From assembly GCA_950097015.1 (NCBI GenBank), contig CATNEN010000005.1, positions 1,984,001 to 2,048,000 on the forward strand: a DNA stretch of 64,000 nucleotides, given 5' to 3'. The notes beneath the pieces are model-generated. The model searched no databases, had not been told where the DNA came from, and saw nothing but the letters and a program-made list of their open reading frames with translations. Positions 1 through 12,000 of the stretch are shown here, one piece after another. Source of the stretch: Macrostomum hystrix. Lineage: Eukaryota; Animalia; Platyhelminthes. The position numbers and the translations under genes were made by a program. Within the stretch, counting starts at the first letter, position 1. Each line of letters starts with the position of its first letter.

Positions 1-3000
1 TTCATCAACGGATCTCATGTGTTAATCGGCAAAGTGCTGGACAGAGAGGCTCCGGGTCTCACATTGGACCCAGCGGGCAATGGAGTGATCACACTTGGCA
101 TCAGAGCTGCAGACAATGGAGTTCCGTCTCTCAGCTCGACTGGGACCCTCACCGTTCTGCTGCAGGACATCAACGACTCGCCACCGAGGTTCACCATCCC
201 AGCAGGTCGGGAGCTTCAGCAGGCGCAAAGTCTTCCAGTAGGCTCCACCATCATCACCTTCGACATGCTGGACGCAGATTTGCCGGCATCGAACAACTTC
301 ACATTCAGCATCAGTTCTATTACCAACTTGAACGGTGAGACATCTGGCTAATTGACTTCTCATTTTGTAGAACTATTCTGTGAACTATACAATAGTTGCG
401 TGCATTGCACTTTTTCAGACACTTTTGCTATCCTGGGCAACCGGCTTGTTCTTAACAAGGCGCTTAATATCGCTGTCAGAGCAAGCTATAATCTTACCAC
501 TATGTGCTCAGATGGTGTATTTAGTGTTTCGGTATGTAAATTTTAAAGCAATTTTTTCAAGTATGCCCTATTGAAAGAGTAAAAAAACTGAAATATAACT
601 CGAATTTTTTATTCTAGACTTTCTTGGTAGTTTCGGTTGCCCCTGGGAATAACTACAGTCCGAAATTCACAAGCTCGGAGTACATTTTCTCCGTGACTGA
701 GAACAACTGGTCAAATGTAACTGGTCAGTTCATTGGAGTTGTGAATGCTTCGGATAGAGATACAGGACTGAATGGTCAGGTTGTGTATTCAGTTGCGTCA
801 CCGATCACTCTTAGAAATCTTCTCGCTATTAGCGAGGTGAGCGAAAATCAGTTTTCACATATTTTCAATATTTTGCTGCTTTATCTACCTCCGAATTTCT
901 GCACGATCGCGTTTAACTTTACAGAATGGTTCCGTTACACTAAATGGAATAGTGGACAGGGAAGCCACACAGCACTTAACATTTGTTATATTCGCAGCGG
1001 ACCTAGGAACGCCACCACGAATCGTAAGTTTAATTCGGTAAAGCAGGAGGGAAATATAGACCGTTTTTTAGTTCTCAGAAAATCAAAGCGAAGTTGCAAA
1101 CATGAAAACCTTGCAGGACACTGCAGAAATTCAGCTGACTGTGCTAGATGTTAACGACAATAGACCGGAGTTCGGAGCTGCGATTTACACAGGAACTGTT
1201 CCAGAAAACTCGCCAAGTGGAACCGTTCTCAGCATGGTAAGTTCTGTCCAACAGCCGAATTAAAAATGTCGCTTTTTTCTTTTCTGCGTCACCCGAGTGA
1301 ACCTGATCTCGTGAGCTGGACCAATTGGAGTTGTTGAGCGGAAAACCTAAGTCTAGAAGGTTTTCAACGAAAAGAAAAAATTCGAATAAGATAGGAAGAT
1401 TTCAGATTTTTTGGGGGTCTTGCAAAAAGATTATGCATGATCCCCAAATCACGCCACACCAGTACGCACGCAGGCGTGTACATTCTACACTGGCGGCTAT
1501 CAGTGTACACTGCGGGCCGCAAACCTAAGCCGCATACACTACTTTCCCCCTTAAAGCAGTTCAGTCAAGCCATCTAAAATTCAGGTGGCCGGTGTTCTCT
1601 CGCTTTGCCTTGTTGAGCGTACGAGACGCAAAAGCCACGGGCAGCTCAGCGTCACCGTGCAGCTGGCTGGCTGGCCGCCCACAGCGAACTGGCTGCTGTC
1701 ACAGCTCAAGACGAACTGCTTGCTGAAGTCGGGCAGCCGCAGCGCCAGGGCAGTCGTCAGCTTGTTCTTCAACTCGTTGAACGCCCGCTCGCAGTAGCTA
1801 CTCCACCTGAAGTCTCTCGCGTCTCTGTATCCGCCTCGGACAGCTCCGGGTTGATGTTCCAACCGAGGGGAGCCTCTTGGAGATTGTCGCTGGTCCCCTT
1901 GGCCATCGCACCCTCAAACGTCCCGACGGCCTTGTTGGCGTACAGCAGCACGGGCTCCTCGATCAAGTTGCACATCTTGACAGGTATTCGGCCGTCGTCC
2001 GAGATAGTCAGCACAGGCGCAGAAAGCACCGCCGTAGATGCTTCGAAGTCCTCGCAGGGCTCGAACACCCCTTGCTCTTGGCTGGAGTCCACCCGGAGCC
2101 ATATGACCTTCTCGCACCGCGCTGGCAGCTCCATGTTGACCGTCACGCGAGCCACCAGAACGCTTGGCACTAGGCGGCAACCAATGTTGACCAGCGGCTG
2201 CTCGCTGCTGTAAGCCACCGTATCGCTGTCAAACCGGACGACGCCTTCCTTCATGTCGATGGTCACCGTCTGCGACACCCGGCCGATGAAGTCCATGCTG
2301 AGGATCAGGTTGGGACGGATGCCGTCCACCACGGTGAAACTGTGCCCGCTCGAATCGTTCTGCTGATCACAACCTCTACCGTCGTCAGGCCGAGGCAGCG
2401 CAGCCGAGAGCCGTTGAAAGAGGTCGGCATGACGCTGATGTTGTTGAAGTCGAGCTGGTAGTCAAGATTGTGCGTCGTACGGCGATTTCATCAGCGAAAT
2501 CTGCGCGCCCGTGTCTAGCAGGGCAGGCGAGCTGTGCCTGCCGAAATGCACTGGACGATGGACGACGAAAATGAACGACGCTGATCAATAGGCCCCTAAA
2601 GGAGTCGGCGCTGGCCCCAGGCTGCCGAGCCTCAACGACTGCGCAGCTGGTGTCGGGCAGACCGCCACCTAGTGCCACTTGCCTGAGCACCTGCTGCAGC
2701 CGGCTCCCGCCGCTCTCGGGCACCGCCTCGCGATGTGGCCAACTTCGCAGCAGTCGAAGCACTTGATGGCCCTTTGATGGCCTTCCTTGCCTGCTGCTCC
2801 CGTCCGCCCGCCTGCAGCCAGCTGCTGAACGGCTCGTCGGCTCCAGACGGCAGATCCGGCTGTCCTCCGTCGTCACGGCTGCTGACGTCGCCGATGGACT
2901 GACTTCTTACGCAACTAACCAACTCAATGCGGTAAGCCCGGTCGATCAGGACTGTCAACGGAAAAGAGTCCGCGTCCTGTTCTTTGAGGAGCTGATCTCT

Positions 3001-6000
3001 CACCTCTGTAGGCGGGAGTTGCATCAGGCAGAACTTCACGTCATTCTCTCCTTGGCGTCCACAGAATCGGCTGGCCGAGCCGGGAGTTGTAGCAGCTTGA
3101 GGTTGTACGAGTACACCAGCTCTCTCAACAGCTCATTAGGCCGACGTCAGCGCTCCTCAAACTCCTCCCTCGCCCAGTAGCTGCTCAAGCTGTCGCCGAA
3201 GCTCAAGCTGTGCCCGATGAGCTCCAACTTCAGCTCCTCGTAGCTCTCTTTCTTACCGTCTGGGAGCCTCCACACAAAGATCTGTGCCTCTCAGGCAGCA
3301 GCAGCTTCAACTTCTTCGCCTTCTTCTTATCGTCCCAGTCGCTGTCATCAGCGAGGTCTTCCCAAATGCGTAGCCACATTCTGACATTGGAGTCACTGCC
3401 GGCGCCGCTGAACTTTTGCGGTAGTAAAGATTCTTGCTTAGTCATGCTGAGACCGCTGCCACCAGCGTAAGACGCGGCTTTTCAGCTAGCAACATTGGGG
3501 TGGGCGCGCAGCACGCACGAGGCGCGTACATTCTACCCTGGCTGCGGACACTGCGGGCTGCGAACCCTAAGCCGCTCACAATTATCATTTTTTAGAAGAA
3601 AAATTAAAGCTCTTCATTTTACATAACTTTTCTAACATGTTCCGCCAACAAATTTTGGTAGGCATTATTCCTAAAAAGTTGACCTTAACCCCATTTTTCT
3701 TCCTAGACCCATAATGATACTCCTAACATTATCTAAGCCTACAATTTTGAATAAGGCTAAAGACTAGAATTTCACTCGCTTAATGACTTCTTAAACACAG
3801 AAAATTACATAAAAATCGTTAAAAAATATTAAATCGACGTTTTCCAAGCGAAAACACAAATCGATTAAGAAAAAATAAGGAAACTATGAGTGTACGAATA
3901 ATATCAAAATATAATATTCGAATTGCATTAAGTCAAACACGCTAAAAAACTTCTATCTCCTGAATTAAAAACCTAATTTCCCGCCCGTCTATATTGTTGC
4001 CGTTCTTGTATTCTTAGCAAAAACATACAGTGAAGTATTTTACCATTTCAGTCAACAGCAATATCCACGACAGACAGGGATATTGGAAACAACAGCTTCG
4101 TGGAGCTGTCGCTCTCCGGAAGCTTCGCCAGCTGGTTCAACATCAGCCAGACTGGTCAGCTGCAGGTGGTCAACGGAACGGTGCTGGACCGTGAGACCTA
4201 CCTGACCATATCTTTGAATGTCACCGCCAACAACTCGAGGGGAGAGCCGACCTGGTTGGCGAACTCGGTTCCGCTCACAATCATCCTGTCAGACGTCAAC
4301 GACAACGCCCCTGTCTTCAGCAAGCCGATATACAACTTTTTCATCGACTTCTTCTCTCCAATCGGACTGTTGATCGGAACTGTTTCTGTAACCGATGCGG
4401 ATGCCGGAGTGAACGCTCAAATCACATTCTTTCTCAGTGGCGGAGAAGACAGATTCGCCATCGATTTCCGGTCAGGAGCGCTGACGATGGCAAAGTCGCT
4501 GAACGGATCCACCAGCAATGTGTTCCATCTTGTGGTGACTGCACGGGACCAAGGAACGCCTTCACTGAGCGGAACTGCAACAGTGACGGTCTTCGCGAAC
4601 CAGACAAACGCAAACGCTCCGGTGTTCTCGCCTTCTGTCTACACGGCCACTTTGAGCGAGGCTTCACCACCGAACACGTCCGTGGTGACTGTGAAGGCTA
4701 CTGATGCGGACTTTCCGTCGACCAATGGCATCATCTCGTACAGTCTCGTGACGAGCAACTCCACGTCCGGATTGTTCAGCATCGACCCGTCGACTGGCGA
4801 GATGAAGCTCATCGGAAAACTCGACTACGAGATGGTCACGTCGTACAGTGTGACCGTGACGGCCATCGATCATGCTGCCGCACCTCGCACAGCGACTGCT
4901 CAGGTGCTGCTGGCTGTGATCAATGTGGACGACACTCCACCAAAGTTCGTTCCGGACTCATACCGATTTTTTGTGCCACAAAACGCATCGTCAGGCTTCG
5001 CAGTCGGATCAGTGATCGCGGTCGATCCCGACTTTCCCAGCGCCAATCCTCAGCCAGTCAACTACTCCGCATCTGTGCCCAACTTTCTGCTGAACTCCAC
5101 CAGCGGAGCACTGACTGTGACTTCAGGAGTCCTGTCGATCGGAAACATTTCGATTCCCATCACATGCATGGATGCGTCTGGAATGACTGGCAACGCTTCA
5201 GTCCTTGTGTCAGTCATTTCCTCGACTGAGTACTACGCCAAGGTTCCTCAGTTCGTAGCTCCGTCACTGGTGGCATCAGTGCTAGAGAATCAAACAGCCT
5301 TTCTCAAAGTACTCGACGTGAATGCCACAATCAATGGCGGAGCTGTGGATGTGGGCGTCTCATATCGACTGGACAGTGCCGGAGCGACCAGGTTTAACAT
5401 TTCCAGCTCGGTGAGTTGCATGTCAATTCTGAGTACTTTTTGCCCATGCGGCATTGGATTAATGCAACATGAATGCTTGAATTTTAGGGAGTGATTGAGG
5501 CGAAGCCGGAGACACTCGATCGAGAGCTGAACTCTGAGGTGACGGTGATTGTGTGGGCAGTGAACTCTGCCGAGCCCGTATTCTCATCGAGTCAGCTGAT
5601 TCTAATCAGGCTGATTGATATCAACGACAATGCTCCACGATTCCGATTCAGCAGTGGTGAAGTACTGCTGTACGAGAACGCGACTGTGAACAGCACCGTG
5701 ACTGATCTTCAAGCCACTGATCCCGACGTTTCCACTACGAGCGTGAGTCAATCAGTCAGGACTAATTTGTCGCTTTCATATTTTTATAAACATTCACTCG
5801 TCTGATCGAACTCATTGCAGCTCAACTACTCAATCGTGAGTGACAACTCGGGTGGAAAGTTCCGTCTGCAGCCAGTCGGACTGAATGCGTCTCAGTTGGT
5901 GCTGAACGCATCGGTGGATTATGACACGATGGCCGCAATGGGCTATGCTTATTCGCTTGTGGTGAGTGTACAAGACCGCCAATATTCGGGTTGCACTAAC

Positions 6001-9000
6001 AGATGCTGATGTGGCTCACCTTTACAATCTGGAATGTTGCAGATTCAAGTGAGCGACGGAAGTTACAGCTCCAGCTACTCGCTCACTGTTCGCATCGGGA
6101 ACGTGAACGATGATCCGCCAGTGTTCACTGCGGCTGTCTACAACTTCTCGGTTGCTGAGCTGTCTGCTGTGGGAACTGTGGTGGGTCGAGTGTTGGCCAC
6201 AGATCGCGATGCCGAGGATTTCAACAGGCTGATCTATGCTCTGTCGGGCAATTCAAATGTGTCCGTCAACTCATCAACGGGAGAGCTGACGACACTGGTT
6301 CGGTTCGACAGACTTCAAGTCAGCCGAATATCGTTTAACGTCAGTTGCACCGACACGGCTGGAAACAAGGTGTGTCTTGTTTTTATGCTATTCAGAAGTT
6401 AATAGTTGCCATTGCATGTTGTCGCTGTCGATAACAGTTAACATAGTGTTACGGTTTGATCACTGCTGTTGATAATGACAAATTTCGCAAATCAAGGGCT
6501 CAGCACAAGTAAACGTCGACATCACCGACGTCAACAACCACAATCCGAACATCACGAGTCTGTCTGCAACATGGAACGTCACCGAGAACTCGACCAGCTT
6601 GCTGCAGAGCTTCCTTCTACAGGTGGTCGATCTTGACGTCGGTCAGAATGCAAACGTGTCTCTCAGCATCGTCTCTGGTGACTCGTCCAGCTCGTTCTTC
6701 ATCAACGGATCTCATGTTTTAATCGGCAAAGTGCTGGACAGAGAGGCTCCGGGTCTCACATTGGACCCAGCGGGCAATGGAGTGATCACACTTGGCATCA
6801 GAGCTGCAGACAATGGAGTTCCGTCTCTCAGCTCGACTGGGACTCTCACCGTTCTGCTGCAGGACATCAACGACTCGCCACCGAGGTTCACCATCCCAGC
6901 AGGTCGGGAGCTTCAGCAGGCGCAAAGTCTTCCAGTAGGCTCCACTATCATCACCTTCGACATGCTGGACGCAGATTTGCCGGCATCGAACAACTTCACA
7001 TTCAGCATCAGTGCAGTTACTAATGTTAACGGTAAGGCCTTGTGCCTTTCATTAAGTTTTTTTTTAAGTGATGAGGCACTCGTATATTGCTGATTTGATA
7101 ACGTTTTTTTGCAGTCACTTTTCAAGTTGTCGGCAACAGGCTCATTCTTAACAAGGCGTTGAACAGGATTTCTCTGCCGGTGCACAATTTAACTATTTCT
7201 TGTTTCGACGGCGTGTTCAGTGTTTCGGTTTGTGATATTCCCATATTTCCTATAAATAATATTACATTCTGAAGTGCGAGCTATATTCATACTTCTAACT
7301 TCACTTTGCAGACTTTTATTCTGGTGTCCGTTATGGACAGTAATGACCACGGGCCAGTATTCTCAAGTGCTTCCTATGCGTTTTACGTTACCGAGAACAA
7401 TAGATTCAACCTGAGTGATCAGTTTATTGGAGTTGTTAGAGCCACTGACAGAGACACAGGTCTGCACGGGCAGGTTGTGTATTCGGTCGCAGCACCAAGC
7501 AACTTAAAAGGCCTTCTTTCAATCAGTCAGGTCAGCATTTCTCGACACTAAGTGCCCATCTACGCTCGTATAGTTCTGTTTAGAAATTATACCATGAAAA
7601 ATACGATTGACGGCCTTTGTGTTTCAGAATGGCACAGTGACTTTAAATGGAACAGTGGATCGCGAAACTAACGCCCACTTGACGTTTTTGATAATGGCAA
7701 GCGACACAGGCACATCCCCGAGATTTGTGAGTTCCCCAGTTTATTGAGTTTTCCAATGCATATTTCTAAGAATTTGCTGTGCTTAAACATTGAGTGTTTA
7801 GATAAATTTAATTTTCAGGTACTCTGGAGCTGCGTGCCTCTGTTTACATGATTTAACGAAATTTTGACACATTTCTCACGATGTCACTTCTCAAAAAAAG
7901 AACTTTTTAAAACATATAGTTTCAGTACATTTCTATTGTCAGAACAGATGACTAAATTGATGGTATTACGAGTAGTATTTTTCTTTTTTCTTCAGGGTAC
8001 AGCTGAGCTGCACTTAACTATTCTCGATGTGAACGACAATGCTCCTGAGTTCACTGCGTCTCAGTTCATTGGCTCTGTGGCTGAAGGATCACCAAACGGC
8101 ACTGTCGTCAATTTTGTAAGTCTGAGTGCGTATATCGCTTCCTATGTATTTGCATATTGTGGTGATGTAGTTTATCGAAAGCATACATTTTCATAAAAAT
8201 CATTCAGATGCCATCAGTGCAAGCTTCCGATCGGGACGCAGGAAAAAACGCTGCAGTGGTCTTCTACTTGACTGGCGCGGAGGCTGGCAAATTTCGCATC
8301 GATGCCAATACGGGCCGCATCGAAGTGGCGCAAGACGCTGGGCTTGATCGCGAGACCCAACCCAGCCTAAGCTTTACAATCGTGGCCAACAACACTCTGG
8401 GACAACCCACTTGGCTCAGTCAGACTGTCAATGCTACCATTCAACTGACTGATGTCAATGACAATTCGCCTGTGTTTAATTCAGCTTACGCATTCGCTGT
8501 GCTTGAGAATATAGCCGCCCTGTCCATCATTGGCCGGGTAAATGCCACCGACGCCGATCTTGGTGACAATGCGGCAATCATGTACACTATCGTTGACGGT
8601 GCCGATGGTCGATTTGGCATCCTCGTTAGCACTGGGGAGATCCAAATACTCAATCAGCTGGATCGGGAAATGAAAGATTTTTACAGACTGAATGTGACCG
8701 CAACAGACAGGGGAACGCCACCTCGACAGGCTTCGATCATTGTGAACATAACCGTTCTTGATGTAAACGATATTGTACCTAGCTTTGGTATTTCCCCACC
8801 CAATGTCATTGCCTTTTCTGTGCCAGAAGAGCAGCCACTTCCGCTGATTATCGGGCGTGTCAATGCCAGCGATACAGATCTGGGCGTCAATGGCCAGCTT
8901 ACGTATTTCTTGGGGAGCATCACCGCCCCATTTAACATTACAACCGACGGTTTGATTCAGTCCAGCGGTCGACTTGACCGCGAGTCCACCCCCAGCTACC

Positions 9001-12000
9001 AGTTCATTGTGTACGCCAAGGACGGAGGTCGCCCGTCGCTGACTGGCTCGGCGGTGGTAAGCGTCACGCTATCGGACATCAATGACTTTAGCCCGATCTT
9101 TACGCAGACGTCTTACAGGGCTTACACCCTGGAGAAAGCACCAACAGGGACAGTACTAGCGGTTGTATTCGCCACAGACCAAGACATTGGTGCGAGTGCT
9201 AATCTGACCTACTTCCTCCAGGGAAATGGGTCAGAGTACTTATCAGTCGATCCATTTTCTGGTTTCGTACGCATTGCTAAAACGATCACCACAAGTGAAC
9301 TGCAAAACAAGGGACTAATTTCTCGGAACACAACCTCTGGAAATGAAACGATCTATAGCCCGTTGGCGCTGCAGGTAAATATTTATAGATTGCGCTTTTC
9401 AAATTTTAAATGGGGCTCAAACACGTAAATCAAGCACTCGTGAAAAACAATTTTAGCTTATTGCATACGACAACCCAGTGGATACGAGCACCAGACGGAA
9501 TGGCACTGCTGAGCTATTTCTCACTCTAACTCAGGTGTTAGATTCGCTGCCAACATTCTCTATAGCCAGTTATGCGTTAAATGTGCCAGAAAACTCACCA
9601 ACGGGAACTAGTGTTGGCGCTGTTACTGCCGCAATCACTGGCACGGCCATCGCGGTGAAGTACAGGCTTAACGCTGAGAATCCGTTATTTTTTATTGACG
9701 AACTGACAGTGAGTAAATCCGGACGCAAATTACTCTTGTTACTGATTGTCCACAGTAATATGCATTGAGCCTGTGCTTTAACATATCTAATTATAAGTAC
9801 ATAAAATCCTCCAGGGCAGCATCACAGTTCGCAACGGAAGCGCTTTGGATCGTGAAAACGCAGGTCTCTCCAGTTTGCTTGCGCTAACAGTGCTAGCTTT
9901 CACTGAAACTGTACCATCGAGACAGAACTATGCTACCGTAAGCTGATGCCTTTCTATTAATAATTTTCGATTACTAAACAATACAATCTATATAAAATTT
10001 CAAGACAGGCTGAAACACATTATCTTAATTTCAGTGTACCGTAAGTTAACTATTCGAAGTTTTTCAGCATTCGATAAAATTTTTATCGACCAAAACGTAC
10101 CAGCCATTTGTTGTGGCAACATTGCGAGCTCTGTCATATTATCTCTGTCTATTCTGAATATTTCTGTCTATCTTTGATTTCGTAGTCCTATTATATATAT
10201 TTGTTTTACTGTAAGATACCAACGAATGCCGGCTTGTCGAGATTTTTTTCAGACCCTTTCCACAGTCAAGGCTTTCAAGCACAACTCTATCCACTATTAT
10301 ATTTGTATTCCTCGTGTATTCAAACCTTTTAGCTGTGTGACAAGGAAACAAATATATATTTTGGAAGCTATACTGTCGCAACAAATGAAATTAAATAATA
10401 GGCGGGCTAATTTAATACATTCTCCACATCTTCCGTTAAGAAGGCGACCAAAAAGATGACCTGAAGACATCTGGTCTAAAACTAGCTCTAATTTACTGGT
10501 GAAACCATTAAATTCCAGGTGATTATCACTCTGACTGATGTTAACGACAACAAGCCTGTGTTTGCCCAGCCCAGCGGATATGCCTTCACTGTCACCGAGC
10601 AACAGAAGCCGCCAGTGCGCATTGGTTACGTGGTTGCCACCGATGCTGATGCTGGTGCCAATGGTACAGTCAGCTACAGCATTGTTGGAGGCAACTCGGC
10701 CGGTGCCTTCGCAGTCAGCAGTGTCACAGGAGAGCTGACCGCGGTGACCGAGATTGATCGTGAAAGAACTCCTCTCTACGAGCTGCTGGTGGCAGCAACT
10801 GACAATGGCAGTCCGACTAGGCTGAACACAACAGTTGCTGTGACTATAACTGTGGCTGACGTGAACGACAATGCGCCAACTCTGTCATCGGGAAGCAGTC
10901 TAATAGTTAACGTGACAGAGGGTAACGCAGCTGGTACACTGGCGGCTGCCATCTCCGCCACTGACCCCGATGCGGGCCTCAATGGCATTGTAGACTTCCG
11001 CCTGCTTCAGACTGACATTCTGCCTATGTTTTACATCACCACAAATGGCAAGATTATTCATGCTAACTTTTGTTTGTTTCTGTTTGGAACTAAACCGCGC
11101 TGGATTCTTCTAGATTGAACAATGGCATTTAAATCTGCATAACATTAGTAAAAATAACTTTTAAAGACTCTTCTTCTTTTGCGCTAAAACAACGAAAATC
11201 TCAAAAAACACCCACAGGGTCTGGAAGCGCGCTACTGTTAACTCTGGGACCACTGAACTACCTGTCAAAGTCATCTTATCAGCTGGTTGTGGTAGCCTAC
11301 GACCTCGGCACTCCGCCCATGTCTTCCAGCACATCTATCACTGTCTCTGTTGTCAGGTTCGATAGCAACCGGCCGCGATTCACAACCAGCTTCTACAACA
11401 CCAGCATTGCTGACAACCTGGCATCAGGTACAGCTATTTTCGACCTGCCAGCAGGTGCGCGAGCCTTCACTTACGCCTTCACGGATGGAAACACAAACAA
11501 TGCGTTCAGTATTTCAAGCGCCGGCCGCGTGTCCATTGCGAGGCTGTTAGCGCCGTTGACTCCGCGGGTCTACACTCTGCGCATTTCGGCCAGAGACGAG
11601 CTAAACAACACAGCTAGCACCATCTTGCAGGTGTGGCTAACTAGCCCAACTAGCGCCGTGTTCAATGTTACAACTGTAAGTCTTTCTTGGAGCGAAGATC
11701 AACCAAATAGACGTGAGCTAATCCACGACTTTAACACTATCGATGAAGAACTGGGCAGGACGGTGCAGTACTCCATTCAGTCGTGCGCGCCCATTAGCTG
11801 CACGTCCAAGTTTTCCATTGACCCTGCCACAGGTCAATTTTACATTCTTGACAGCCTTGACCGAGAATCTGTAAGCAGCTACACATTTGTTATAAGGGCC
11901 ATCCTGCCAGGCAGTTCTGGTGGTCCCTCAGGAAGGCGGCGTAGGGCTGCCATCGCCCCAACGACTAGTGACATATCGACCGTTACTCTTTCTGTGACAG

